64,000 nucleotides of DNA from Octopus bimaculoides (Eukaryota): assembly GCF_001194135.2 (NCBI RefSeq), contig NC_068996.1, forward strand, positions 37,264,031-37,328,030, read 5' to 3'. Every line of letters begins with the position of its first letter. The first letter of the stretch is position 1. Under the pieces are notes generated by a model, which was given only the letters and a program-made list of their open reading frames with translations, ran no database searches and had not been told where the DNA came from. Shown piece by piece: positions 1-13,329 of this stretch. A program made the position numbers and the translations under genes.

Positions 1-44
1 TGTAACTGTTATTTTACAGACAACTCGATAAATTTCAATAATAG
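1..44 (-). CDS. SYNRG: SYNRG exon, truncated by window edge: (A)IIEIYRVVCKITVT
   Basis: Acceptor ttgttattttcag at 45-46, phase 1. Resembles vertebrate GVVEVYRV. Confidence 0.85.
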
Positions 45-619
45 CTGAAAATAACAATGAAAATATGTCAAGCTCATTGATGAACCAGGAGAAATATTTA
101 TTACATATCTGTTAATATAAAGCATAAGAGTGATCTTTACTTAATCTTTTATGTGTTTCAATTATTGGACTGCAGCTCAAAAGATATTAATTGAACAAAT
201 GGGCATCAGTACTTATTTTTTTAAAAGTCTGGTACTTATTCTGTCAGTCTTTTTTGCTAAACTACTATGACACAGGGATGTAAACAAACAAACACTGGTT
301 GTCAAGCAGTGGTGGGGGACAAACTCAAATACACAAATGACAGGCTTTTTTTCAGTTTCCATCTACCAAATTCACTTACAACGCTTTGGTCAGCTTTAGG
401 ATATAGCAGAAGACACTTGCCCACAGTATCACACAGTGGGACTGAACCCAAAACCAAGTGATTGGGAAGTAAACTTCTTGCTACACAGCTGCACTTGCAC
501 CTACAATGATAATTATGTTAAATATGTCTTCTTTGAACACTGAAAAGATGGATTAGAAATAATTGTTATAAGTAGGAATAATTTTTATTAATTTCTTATT
601 TTAAATTAAACAGAATCAA

Positions 620-950
620 CTCTTTTTATTCTTGTATTTGTTTCAGTCATTTGACTGTGGCCATGCTGGAGCACCACCTTTAGTCGAGCAAATCGTCCCC
701 AGGACTTATTCTTTGTAAGCTTAGTACTTATTCTATCGGTCTCTCTTGCCGAACCGCTAAGTTACGGGGGACGTAAACACACCAGCATCGGTTATCAAGC
801 GATGTTGAGGGGACAAACACAGACACACAAACATATACATACATACATATATACGACGGGCTTCTTTCAGTTTCCATCTACCAAATCCACTCACAAAGCT
901 TTGGTCGGCCTGAGGCTATAGTAGAAGACACTTGCCCAAGGTGCCACGCA
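620..950 (-). mobile_element. tRNA-derived SINE family A, head-truncated copy
   Basis: Near-identical to 33265-33645 and 37015-37505 (gactgcggccatgctggagcacc...aaggtgccacgca). Confidence 0.85.
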
Positions 951-1533
951 AATTGTTTCAATTTCCATTTTTGTTTTTTTGCACAAGGCCAACAATGCTA
1001 GGGAAAAAGGAGTCAGATACATCGATTCAAGTACTTGGCCGATATTTATCAACCATGAAGAGACAAAAGGGCAAAGTTGATCTTGGTGGGATTTTAAGCT
1101 CAGCATGTAACATCAACAAGATTCAATGGCAGTTTTTTTGTTTTTTTTTAGTAAGTTATTTACAAGAAAAAGAAGTGACCACACCGTTTCTAGGGCCACC
1201 TCTCAAACAGACAGGGTTGATGTGGGTGACAATGAAAAAGAAAAAAAAGTCTGAACATCTGCAGGTTAAAAAAAAACAGCTACCCTAATATGGAGGAAAT
1301 TGGAGGTGATCTGGTACAAGTGCTTGAAACAGTAAATCTTTCTCAATGTTTGTAAGGATGAATTAATGTTGTTAAACCGAGCTGTATATCAAAAGGCTTT
1401 GGTTACTTGTTGCATTTTCAGATCAACTTTATATTATGGCTGAGTGGACAGAAGTAAGATTCACATCTATTTGTCAAAACAATTACTCCAAGATAATGGC
1501 CATACAAGCATGAAAATGGTTTTAAAATTTTAA

Positions 1534-1755
1534 CCCTTTTTTTGTACCATATTTCTATTGAATTATGCTATCTTGTTTCAGTGAATTTTGAAAATAATGA
1601 AGAATTCAGTAAAATAATTTTGTCATTATTAAACTGATGTTTGGAATACAAAATTAACATGAGCTTCTGATAGGTTTTTAATTTAATTTAGATCACATTA
1701 AAATAGGAAGTGAATATCAGAGAATCTAGGGCTGTCTTTGTAGGTGTCAAAATGG
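1534..1755 (+). mobile_element. TTAA-flanked MITE family 2 (related copies 4915-5122 and, inverted, 24945-25090)
   Basis: ttaa|CCCTTTT start and shared core tgaaaataatgaagaa...aattaacatga. The 4915 copy ends ggcatcaaaaggtttaa; the 24945 copy starts ttaacctttttgatacc. Confidence 0.6.
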
Positions 1756-1762
1756 TTCAATT

Positions 1763-1949
1763 CAGTGTTTTTCAAACTTTTTTGTTGCGACCCTTTTTAT
1801 TTATTTCACAACCCACTGAAGAGTCAGGATCCACAGTTTGAAAAATGCTGGTTTATATTCTGCACTTTGCACCCACTTGCATTTTTTCTTTCCTTCTTTT
1901 TCATCACAACCCATTTTATTTATCTTGCGACCCAGTTTGAAAAACTCTG
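1763..1949. mobile_element. hAT-like MITE fragment
   Basis: CAGTGTTTTTCAAACT left end; two right-end-like AGTTTGAAAAA..CTG at 1850 and 1949; no clear TSD. Confidence 0.5.
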
Positions 1950-1987
1950 TTGTAACCCTTTAACAGTAATTACTCTTTCAAATTTAA

Positions 1988-2208
1988 CCTTTTAGCATTT
2001 AAACCAGCCTTATCTGACCCAAATATTCTACTTGTTTCATGTTCAAACTAGTCAGACCCAGCCTCTTACACCCACCCAAGGATATCATTCTAAAAAAACT
2101 ACTATCACATCATTGAAGTCTTGAAGCTGTGAGACAATCTATGGTTAATTCAAAACAGTGTGAATAAATAAGCATTATATTTGGCAGAATAATGTGAATG
2201 CTAAAGGG
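1988..2208 (+). mobile_element. piggyBac-type MITE family 1
   Basis: ttaa|CCTTTTAGCATT...AATGCTAAAGGG|ttaa; 221 bp. Confidence 0.85.
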
Positions 2209-2242
2209 TTAATGTTTATTTATTTACCTTGTTTTAAATTAG

Positions 2243-2392
2243 TAATGCATTATCTTATAGGCTTGACTTTCCGATGGTTGTTTAGTTTTTGAACAACGTT
2301 GTAGGGTAGGTGTGAAAGGCCAGATCTGGCCAGTTTGAACATAAAACAGGTAGAATTTTTAGGGGAATATGGCCAATTTAAATGCTAAAGGA
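2243..2392 (-). mobile_element. piggyBac-type MITE family 1, partial inverted copy
   Basis: Reverse complement of the left ~150 bp of the MITE; ends aatgctaaagga|ttaa. Confidence 0.8.
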
Positions 2393-2626
2393 TTAAACAG
2401 GTTAACATTTAAAGCAACTGGATGTCAACTAGATGAACCATTTCACCTGTCATTGTACACATGGAAAACTGAAGTAAAAACTTTAAAAGCCAATATCTAA
2501 CACTCAAAAATATGGGGGAAAAAAATGGATTTAAATTAAAAATACACAAAAAAAAAGCTAAGAGTTTTCAAGAGTTACCATGAAAGTTTGAAGAGTAAAG
2601 GGTTGCTGTGAGAAATTATAACTCAC

Positions 2627-2768
2627 CCATAATGTAGTCAGCTCCTTGGCATGACTTAATTACTTCATTGCACACACACGATGTACTNNNNNNNNNNNNN
2701 NNNNNNNTAATTCTCTGGTAACATTTATCCAAACATTTGGTCCATTCATGACAGTGATGTTCACTTCC
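2627..2768 (-). CDS. SYNRG: SYNRG exon spanning a 20-N gap: GSEHHCHEWTKCLDKCYQRI-gap-STSCVCNEVIKSCQGADYIM
   Basis: Acceptor after a (CT)n tract (ctctag), donor gtgagt. 142 nt, phase 0 to 1. Both sides of the gap match the conserved C-terminal domain. Confidence 0.88.
2688..2707. other. Assembly gap inside a coding exon; other gaps at 52043-52052, 54148-54418, 56227-57077 and 62713-63081
   Basis: Runs of N. Confidence 1.
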
Positions 2769-2772
2769 CTAG

Positions 2773-2818
<46 letters not shown>

Positions 2819-5386
2819 AAGAGAGAAGGAAATGAGAAAATGAAATCAAAACAAAAGGTTATCATCATCATCATCAACATTTAACGTTTGTTGTCCATGG
2901 GTTGGCTGGTTTGACCAGGGCTGTCAAGCTGGAAGGTTCTAGTTTAATTTGCCATGGTTTCTACGGCTGGAGTTCTACAGTATGGTTTCTGATTTGGCAT
3001 GAGGTTCTACAGCTGGATGCCCTTCCTAACACCAACCACTCTGAGAATGTAATGGGTGCTTTTACATGCCACTGGCACAGGAGCCATCTGTGTGACACCA
3101 GTATCTGCTAAGACTATGATTTCACTTGGTTTTCTGGATCTTCTTCTCAAGCATAGCCATTGCCTCAAAAAGGCACTTTTCATGTGACACCAGCATCAGC
3201 CACCTTTCCTCCATGAGGCCCAATGCTCAAAAGGTGCTTTTCACATGCTAGTTACGTGACACTAGCATCAGTCATGACTACAACTTCACTTGGCTTGACA
3301 GATCTTCTCAAGCATGGCATATCTCCAAAGGTCTCAGTCACTAGTAATTGCCTCCATGAGGCACAACTTCTCATAAAAGATGTAATTACAAACTGTTCCA
3401 ACTAAACAGAAGTACATAAAAATTATTTTGAAGTTGTTTAGTGTTTTATGTCAGCCTGATTGTGAAGTAGGCCTGTGACGAAAAGACATTCCACCCAGGA
3501 CCATCTTGTCATGGTTGCAGTAACTTTGATCATGGGTTTGATGAATTAGGTTTGACTTGGGATGAAATGATAACAACAATGAAGTCATTTACACACACAC
3601 ACTTATATGCATGCATACATATGTATGCATGCATACACACAAGTATGCATAGATGATGGCTGTAATTGAATTTTTCTCTCAAATTGCACCTGATCATCTT
3701 TAAAATGAAAAGTAAAGGTACATTGGATAATGTAGTCCTAGATATACAATGTCATGGCTAGAATGACTAATCATAGGTCTGCTCAGTCAGATCAGACTAA
3801 AGGCTATTCAACAACAGATTAGCCTGGGTTTACTAGATCAACAAAATAAAGAATATTGACTACAAACTGAAGCTAAAACCAAGCAATGTACTGAGACATT
3901 CTAGAAGCTTAACTCTATCCTTCAATACTTTCCATTATTTCTAGATATATTCCAACAAAAATTAAACATGAAAGTCAACATATATTTCATTAACTTCTAA
4001 AGTTCTTGGATATGATTTTTCACCATCATCATCTAATGTCTGTTTTCCATGCCAGCATGGGTTGGATGATTTGACAGGAGTAGGTAAGGCCAGTGGGTCA
4101 CACCAGGCCCCATTGTCTGTTTTGGCATGGTTTTCCTAGATGCCCTTCCTAATGCCAACTACTCCACAGGGTGTATTGGGTGCTTTTTATGTGGCATTAG
4201 CACCAGTGCTTTTAAAATGTGACACCAGCACCAGTATCAATTCTGCTGTGGTAGATGGGTTTTCTTGAGAAAAGCAAGGCGCCAGACATCTCAGTCCTTT
4301 CTCATCTCCTACATAAGCCGTAGTGTCTTGAGATCAGCCAGCATTTGATCTCAAGTTCAAGGTTTTAAAACTACTGACAACTTCAGCTTATCTCTTTCCT
4401 GACTATATTCCTACTGAAATATGAGTTGAAAACAATAATTTGCAAACATTTAGTAAAATAACAGACATTGTCATTTAATGGTTGTTGTTGTTTAACCCTT
4501 AGTCAGACTTTGTTCATCAGACCTATAAACAAAGGTGTTCAAGCTGTGATCATCTCATCATTAAGACAGAGTGTACCCAGGACAACGTTAACCTAGATAT
4601 CTTTCTTTTTAAGGGTATAACCTGAGGGATTATCTATTATATTAAAGTGCTAACAAAAGATTATTGCAGATCAGCAGTGTTAGACTGCCTCACACAAAGA
4701 GCCAGAACAAAAATCAGTCAAACTGATATAGTATAATGACCAAACAGCCAATGATGTCACAAAAAGCTGGTAAGCTCAACTATATTAGCTATATACAGTA
4801 GTCTAGGGCAATCAAAAATATACATCCAATTTAAGTTTGATATACTTATTATTAACTTCTAAATGAAACATTTAAAAAGCCATATTGATCTTTAAAGTAT
4901 GGTGGTTGTTTTTGATTCAACTTTTTGTTATATTTCTTTTGAAATACACTGCCTTTATTTCAAAATTAATTCTGAAAATAATGAAGAAGTATCAAGCTGG
5001 TGTTTTGAACATAAACTAACATGAAATTTTGATGGAGGGATTTACTTTCAATCACTTAAAAACAGACATTTGTATAGTAGACCCAGGAATAGCTTCAGGC
5101 AGATTGGCATCAAAAGGTTTAAACCATGAAATATCAATGGAGTCAGCTAGTTTCTATGGAACGAAGTCAAGTGACCACTGAATCAAGTCATATATTGGTA
5201 CATTAAGTCAATGTTTGGATCATAAATTAAACAAAAAGTTCTTAGATGAAATTATATTGTAAGGTGAATTTTGCAGCAAAGAAGTAGGGGTGGTCTGGTG
5301 AATTGGTAAATCAAAGGCATTAACAAACAATTAGATTGTGAATTCTAGGTAAACAAAGGCATTAAGCTGGAAATCCAGAAACTTAC

Positions 5387-5490
5387 TTGGACATCTTGAA
5401 TAACACTGCTGTATCTATCCCTTGCTATTAAGTTCTCTTTGTTTACAACTGTTTGAGGAGGCACAGGTTGAGGTAATGTTGGCATTGTTC
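5387..5490 (-). CDS. SYNRG: SYNRG exon GTMPTLPQPVPPQTVVNKENLIARDRYSSVIQDVQ
   Basis: Acceptor gtttatccag, donor gtaagt. 104 nt, phase 1 to 0. IARDRY resembles vertebrate VIRDKY. Confidence 0.9.
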
Positions 5491-5619
5491 CTGGATAAAC
5501 AAAACGACCATAACCATATAGCAACATAAAGAACATTTAAAAAAAGAAAAAAAAATCTCAGATAAAACAGCTCACAAGTTAATATTTGTATTTCTGATAA
5601 ATAATCCTTTCTAATATTG

Positions 5620-5960
5620 GCACAAGGCCCAAAGTTTTGTGGGAAGGGAACAGTCAAAATTTGAAGGCAAGTGGATACCCAATTGGTACTTTATTTTATC
5701 AACCCTGAAAGAATGACAGGCAGAGCCGATCTCGGTAAAAATTAAACTGAGAACATGAAAATGGACAAAATGACATTTAGCATTTTGTCGCACATGCTAA
5801 CAATTCTGCCTTTGTATTTCTAATAAATAATAATTCTTTCAAATTTTAGCACAAGGTCAGCAATTTCAGAGAGAGGGGTTAGTTGATACCACCAAGTCCA
5901 CAATTTGATTGTACTTATCTTAACCCTGAAAGGAGAAAAGGTGAAAATTGAAACTTGAAA
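5620..5960 (-). mobile_element. tRNA-derived SINE family C, two tandem copies
   Basis: Repeated ggcacaagg...ggtacttattttatcaaccctgaaag...gaact module with taataa tails. Confidence 0.7.
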
Positions 5961-6711
5961 CATAAGGAGTTGGGAGAATGAAGGTGGTGATGGTGGTGGC
6001 GTTGATAATGATGACAACGATGATATCTTACTTAAGCACAATATGACAACTTGGGGTGAAAGAGTGTAGTGGATTTAATCAACACCAGTTCATAATTGGT
6101 GCTTATTAATGTAATGAGGAATAAAGAGAAATCAGCTCAACTTTCATTCAGCTATACAGTACTGCAAGAGTACTGTGAGAGTTAATGGGTGGGGCACTAC
6201 TCATACTACTTCAGGATATAAAGCAGACTTGAGTGCATGCAATAACAAAAAAATATTCTCAAGAAAGTGTAGAACATAGCAGGTATGGACAAATCAATCT
6301 GTTGCACAGCCTAGAAAAGTTGAAAACAAAAATTTATATAAGTAAATATTATGTAGATAATTAGGGTAAATTCCAGCATGTATGTATGTGTATATTTTTC
6401 TTTTGTTATCTATGATATCATATTTGCTTTTCCTTCCCTCACCACAACAATCTATACTTCTCCTGATTACCAATGAAATATAAACACTTCACCGAAATGT
6501 AAAATCTGCATTATTTAATTTCTATGTCTGAAGAATTTCTAAAAGGAAATTCCTTACATGTCTATCTAACATGTAAAACTTTGTCATTCCTATTACCAAA
6601 TGAAACGTGTAATGGTGAATGAATAACAAAACTTTTTTCCTTCTTCCTCTTTCGTTAAATAAATAAATAAATAAGAAAATAAATTTCTGAAGAAATAGCA
6701 TGGAAACTTAC

Positions 6712-7890
6712 CAACAGGAGTTTCAGCAGTAAGGTTTTGAACACACCTATTTTTATTATCATCCGGCACATTCTCTCCGTTATTATCACAAATTTCACCC
6801 CATCCCTGGTCATCATTTCTAAATTCAAGACTGTCAAGAGATTTAGATTCAAGAGTGGTTTCTTGTTTCTGTAAAGTTTCAAAAGCTGGAAATTCTGAAC
6901 TAGACACCGATTGGCTGTCAGCGGCCATGTCAGGATCTCTTTGATTTTGTCGTCCAGCCGAATTGTAACTGAGTTCAAGACTTGACACAGACTGCGAATC
7001 TTCTTTCTGGAACTTGTTGTTATCCTGCCAGCTCAGACTATCAGTGTCCTTTGAAGAATGACTATCTTCATCAGCAAAATCAAAGTTACCAGGTTGGCAT
7101 GTGGACTGGTTTTCACTTGAGTAAGCTTCAACATTTCGACCTTTCGGCATGTGCACCGGTCCTGGTCGTAAGTTCGAACATGGGACAGAAGCTGGGAAAC
7201 CAGTTCTTTCAGTGAAATCAAAACTATCAATACCACGAGAGAAACCACCAAACTCATCTTCTCCTTCAACGGAATCATCAAGTGGAGGTGGCTCATGGAA
7301 TAAATCGATTTCAGATGAAAGATTCAGACTGACATTAGATGCAGAAATTGCTGAAGGCTGTTGTTGAAAGTTTTGAGAAGAGCCAGCTGAATTGTCTAGT
7401 TTCACTTTTGCTTTTTCCTTCTTTGAGGCATTTCTTTTAGTGCCTTCGACACCATCATTTCTAGTTAATGTGTCTTCATGGCTTATAGTATTTTCTCGAG
7501 GCACGTTCTCCCGCACTTTGAAGAGACTCAATATTTCTCTTCTCTGTAAATTATCTTTCACAATAGTCACAAGAGAAGATCCATTGCTGTTAGCTGAATT
7601 ACCAGACTCAACATCAAAATTGCTTCCATCAGATTCAACTGATTGCTTTTTTTCTGAGAAAGAATTTGTTGACGAACCAACTTTTGGTGGATGAATCGAA
7701 GTGTTTTCACCCGAATTTGGTGCCATTTGAGTGAAATCCGCCCAGTTATTCAGACTGCTGTTGGATGATACTTGAAATTCTGCCCAGCCAGGATCATCAT
7801 CATCAACAGGATTTACGTTTGATGCCAAAACACTGTTCTTCACTGCAATGTCATAGGGAGGAGGAATATTGGACTGGGGGTCATGACCGG
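6712..7890 (-). CDS. SYNRG: SYNRG large acidic disordered exon (393 codons; WAEF, WADF, FGGF motifs)
   Basis: Core of ORF 6593..7843, extended to acceptor attattacag (7891-7892). Donor gtaagt at 6710-6711. 1179 nt, phase 1 to 1. Confidence 0.9.
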
Positions 7891-8549
7891 CTGTAATAAT
7901 AAAACGAAATAAAGAAAAGGAATAAACTAACTTGTCTGATAATCACAATAACAACAGGATAATATTTAAAATAATACTACATACTTTGGTTAATTCATGT
8001 GTAAGCTTTCCTGATTTTTTTTTTTTTTTGCAAGGCAAAAAAGAAAAGAAAAACAAAGAACTGTTATATTTAAACAACAACAAGGTTACATAACAAAATG
8101 CCAAAATAAAAAAGAATCATTTCATTAAATATAACAGATATTAATGAAGTTGTAAACTGTTATTAAATTAATAAGGTTACAGCATAAAATGGATAAAAGT
8201 CAGCTTGTGCTGAACACATGCAATTTGAGTTCAATAAATAACTGAAAAGAAAAGAAAAATTACTTTCAGTATACTGATCAAGTGGAATATGAATCTAATA
8301 ACAGGTTTTCTGGGGTTTTATTATCGATTTCAAATAATTTTTTAAAAATCATGCACAAAAAATACTTACTTTAGGAGGCAACATTCCTAATACTGTACCA
8401 ACTAAATATGTTTTTCCTTGTTATAATAATTTCTTTATTTAATAATGTTTTTTTTATCATTAATTTTCATTCTTAAAAAAAAAACACTCTGTTCAACTTG
8501 TTAGGGTGGTTGGACAGAAGTTATATGAATGATCAAATAAATTGCTTTT

Positions 8550-8740
8550 AACAATGACACAAGGTCAGAAATTTAAAGGAGAAATTAAATCGATAAAATC
8601 ATACCACTTGGTACTTTTATTTTATCAACCTCTGAAGAATGAAAAACAATGTTGACCTTGGCAGGAATTGAACTCAGAATGTAAAGACGTGGAAGAAATA
8701 CCACAAGGCATTTTGTCTGAAGCACCAACAGTTCTACCAA
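8550..8740 (-). mobile_element. SINE family C copy
   Basis: acacaagg...ggtactttttattttatcaacc...gttgaccttggcaggaattgaactcagaa. Confidence 0.7.
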
Positions 8741-9219
8741 TCCATTTGATTTTTAATTTAAATTTCAGAGCTGTCTCTCTTAATTTAATCATGATGCCAG
8801 GACGTTGGGTCATTTTTTTTTTTTTACTTTTTTCTCATCACTAAAGGTGAAATTTTGATCAATTTAAATTTCTAGGTTCACCACATTCATTATGTTAACA
8901 CTCATTAATCTATTTATAGCATAGTGATTAACAGTATAAAATATATTTTAATGGATTTCCAAAGTTTATAAATTATTATATTTCTTAGTATGCATACAAA
9001 AGCTTCTGTTCTATCATGACAGCTACAACCTAATCATACCAACTAGCAATCCAGTTTTTTTAGGGTCACACCGTGCTGTGCCAATATAATGTTAGATAAA
9101 TATAGTGGTAGTAGTAGTAGCAGTAGTAGTAGTAATGATGATGATGATGATGATGATGATAATAATAATAAATTCCATCCGAGGATTATTAATGTTATTA
9201 TTATATATAAATCATCATC

Positions 9220-9670
9220 ATCATCGTTTAACATTGACTTTCCATGCTAGCAGGGGTTGGACGATTTGACTGAGGACTGGCGAACCAGATGGCTGCACCA
9301 AGTTCCAATCTGATTTGGCAGAGTTTCTACAGCTGGATGTCCTTCCTAATGCCAACCACTCAGAGTGTAGTGGATGCTTTTACGTGCCACCGGCATGAGG
9401 GCCAATCTGGTGGTACTGGCAACGGCCACATTCAAATGGTGTTTTTACGTGCCACCTGCACAGGAGTCAGTCCAGCAGCGCTGGCACGACCTCACTTGAA
9501 TGTTTTGTTCACATGTCACCAGCACAAGTGCCAGTAAGGCGACGCTGTTAACGATCACACTCAAATGTTGCTTTTTTACATGCCACCAGCACGGAAGTCA
9601 GACCGCTGCTCTGGCAGTGATCCCGCTTGGATGGTGCTGTTAGCGCTCCACTGGCATGGGTGCCAGTCAT
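9220..9670 (-). mobile_element. Family B: (GAT)n-tailed retroposon / RTE 3' end
   Basis: catcatcatcgtttaac...gagtttctacagctggatgtccttcc... plus modular gtgccacc/accattcgag units. Confidence 0.8.
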
Positions 9671-12119
9671 TAAATATATATACATATATACACGGACACA
9701 TATAAATATATACATATATACACGGACACATGCACTGTCTACTTTGATGCTTATGTATCAGTACATAGTACCGAACTTGAGTGTGTTCAATGCATACATT
9801 CAAACATAAGACACCTGATTGTGACTGGAGATCAAACTTATTGAAACATAATGTAGATGTAAATATTGAAAAAATAATCATTGTAGGGTTTATAGACAGT
9901 CTCGTCTCAGACATTGAATTTTAATGCTAAAATTTAAATATAAGAAATTAATAGATAACAACAAAAACAACAAAAATTATGAGAAATGAAACTATAAGAT
10001 TGAAAAATAATACTGTTTCTAGAATCATCATTTAATGTCAATTTTAATTTAAAATAATTTTTTAGTTTCACAGTAAGGTGAAAATAGAGCTGAATATACA
10101 CTTCTTGAAAATTAGTGAGTGTCAACTCTTAAGAGCTGACACACTCATTCACATACACCTACACATTCATATCAAGTTCTTAAGGAATAGATGAGTTCTG
10201 TAGGTAAGATCTTGGCCAACTTCATCCTTAACCTTCAAAGCAAGTGTCCTGCTACTGAATAAACTCCAAGCACTACAGAAACTATTTAAACAGGCCTAGA
10301 CTACTAGACACACAATAATAGTAATTTCTTTTGAGGGTAGTTGGCTGTTATTTCTATCAAGTCAATCAACTACAAATATTTTGCTCATTCAATGGCTCAG
10401 AAGTCTTCATTTAGATGTATAGTGCCATCTATATAATAAAAAATATTTTAAGTACAAATTTGTCCTATTATTTCTTTGTTTAATTTCAGGCCTCAATGGA
10501 ACAAATGTGATGTGTTATGGGACTGAATTCTGTTTAGAGGAGGCTAGATAGGCACTACTTATTCAGTGAGAAAGTATGGGATGTAACATAGATATGATAT
10601 TCTTGATGCAAATACAAGTTTTTTTTATAATAATTTTAGTCTTTTAAAATTGGCTTCACATTTTGGCCAACAATTCTGAGGTAGGAAGGGGTAATAAGTC
10701 AATTATATCAATGCCAGTGTTTGACTGATATTTATTTTATCAACCCTGAAAGGATGAAAGGCAAAGTTGACCTTGCAGCATCTGAAAATTTTGTTTAATA
10801 TCACAATTAGATGCAAGCTTTTTAGTTTATTCTAAGACTATTCCATATTTTAATAAATACCACCAACAAAAATTTAGTTGCTATTACTGTCAATTTGGTA
10901 AATAAATGTAAATAAAAACCAAGACAAGTGTTACTAAAAAACTATGTTAAACATGTTTTACAAAGGTATTTTACAAGTAATTGCTGACAATGAAATTACT
11001 TAAGTAAATATCTATGTAGACAATAGTTTACATTTAATATTGGTTCAGTTAAGGTAATTACATTTTTTTAATTTAAGAATCAACATTGATTTATGATCAA
11101 ATTAAACATTTACTTTATAAATTATGTTGTTTAATTAAGAATTATCTATCAACAATAATAACAAAATAAAGAGAAAAGATTTTTACAAACAACATATATA
11201 ACATACATAGATCATAAGTGCAATCAGAAATTTACAACAACAGAATAATAGATAAATTGGTAAAAATATACAAAAAAAAAAAGAAGATAAAATAGTTAGC
11301 CAGCCACCCCAAACCCACACAAAAAAATTAAAATTTCATACAAAATGCAACAGGAAATAAGCCAGATGTCAAAGCGCAGTTCCCTGTGATTTAATTCACA
11401 TATTGAAAGAATGGTAAGGGGGAAAGGATTCTTGGAAGGAGTTTCTCAAAAAAACGGTGATTTTGAGAATATTGTTGGCAAAACTTTCTTAACAACTGTA
11501 GCATTTATCAATATATGTTTTATTCGGTAGACGGTGAGTAAAGCAGCTAAGAAACAGTCTTATATCAATAACCAAGTGGCCTCAAAACATCTTTGTGGAC
11601 AAAGGATTGACGGATTACTTTCCAAAGGTGTCACAGCTAGTTTGTTAACTTCAAAAAAAATTTATATATATATATATATATATATAATGAAGGTGAGGCA
11701 GGAGAAGGTTCATTTTTTTTTAATTGTATAAATTCAGCAACCGTCAACAATAATAACTTTAAATTCAGTTTTACCCAGCCAGATATGTCTGAATATTGTG
11801 AGCATAGTAAAAGTAAGAGCAGAGGCTAAAGAGAATAATGGTGATGATTAAAAGAACAAATGAATAATATATTCGTATAGTAAGTAAAAAGATGTTAATT
11901 TAAAAGATAGATGAAATGCCATCATTAGCCAGATCCTAAAACAAGACCCAGCTTAATGAAGTTTATGAATCGCAGATAAAATAATTAAAGACCCATCATA
12001 ACAGGGAAGAATGATAAACAAATTAATAAGAAGGAATAAATTAGCTATGAATGATGATGAGATAAAAGATGAATGTAACAATGAAAGTCCTTATAGAGAG
12101 TTCCGAAGCTGATAGGATT

Positions 12120-12770
12120 ATTTCTTAATGTTTAGCTAACAACTATGACAATGTGGTATTTAGTTATTTACTATATTGACTATTGTAGTGTTTAGCTGTC
12201 AACAATAGTAATTAGATAGTGTTTAGCTTAATACAATGAAGTGTTATCTATCTACAATACTAATTAAGTAATATTTTGCCATCTACTACAAATTTGATAA
12301 AAGTTCTCACTTTTATGCTAGTTTTGATCTAGTATTTAGATATCTAATAAAGTGTTTAGTTATTTTCTAATTTGGCATTGTTGTGCTTAGCTATCTAGTA
12401 TGGTGATAAAGTGTTTACTTATTATTCAGAACTTGAGTGATGTAGTGTTTAGCTATCTATTCCTGTGATAAATTGTTTAATTAAACTCTTCTTTGGTGGT
12501 ACTGTGATTAGCTATTTTTGTTGTGATAATAAAATCTTTAGTTATTTTCTACATTGGTGATGTTGTGCTCAGCTATTTCCTCCAATGATAAAGTGTTTAG
12601 TTATTTTCTACCTTTGATGATGTAGTGTTTAGCTTGCTTCTATAGTGATAAAGTGTTTAGTTATTTTCTACATAGGTGATGTTGTGTTTACCAAAAAAAA
12701 CCACAGTGATGAAATGTTTAACAATGAACTAGAGTGACAATGAAGGAAATGTTTAACAATCAACTGTAGT
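12120..12770. repeat. Degenerate minisatellite, ~30-bp monomers in ~60-bp dimers
   Basis: Recurring gataaagtgtttagttattttcta alternating with gatgt(a/t)gtg(t/c)ttagcta. Confidence 0.85.
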
Positions 12771-13329
12771 GATGACATTAAGAACAATAGAAACATTAAT
12801 ATGTAAGACAAACTACAATAAATATATCCAAATGTATGTTGTGAGAGAATACAAAAAAAAAAAACTAACTATAACATCAACATATCAAAAAAAACAACCC
12901 AACATAAAGCAGACACCACATGCATTCTCTCTTTCACACAAAACCTTAGTTAAAATGTACAGTTGTCATTATGCATGTGAATTATTTACTGTTGCATTCT
13001 GCAAGGTGACAGGCATTAGACTGTGAGTTTGAAGACAACAAAGATTTACTGACAGCTCTGGTTACTCAAGTTAAAAGGCAACACCAATAGCAATATCTAA
13101 AAAAAAAAACCCATGTATATGTGTTGCACTTCCAGCAAAATGTAATAAAAAATATAGAACCAAAAATAAAACAAAATGAAAAGATACAAAAATCATTTAG
13201 AGTAAATTAGAATGAAATATACTAATTTAAGATAATCTTATTTCTCTCCAGTAAAGCAAAGCTGCTAAATGAATTGCCTTAACATTTAAAAACTAAATTT
13301 ATATTCTTTAGTATTATTGTTTATGGCTT

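Noticed and set aside
6593-6711. ORF read-through past the donor (GKFPCYFF...RFIW*) as a truncated isoform
   Set aside because: Strong gtaagt donor, composition is intron-like, and no nearby AATAAA seen on the minus strand.
11340-11660. GC-richer island as a LINE zinc-knuckle relic or an exon
   Set aside because: No convincing motif or splice-site pair in any frame by eye.
12120-12770. Minisatellites (here and at 38680-39195) as CRISPR arrays
   Set aside because: Eukaryotic intron, degenerate units, no unique spacers, no cas genes.
13085-13096. 12-nt micro-exon DIAI after a strong ttttttttttag acceptor
   Set aside because: The only in-phase donor (gtgttg) is poor, and there is no other support.
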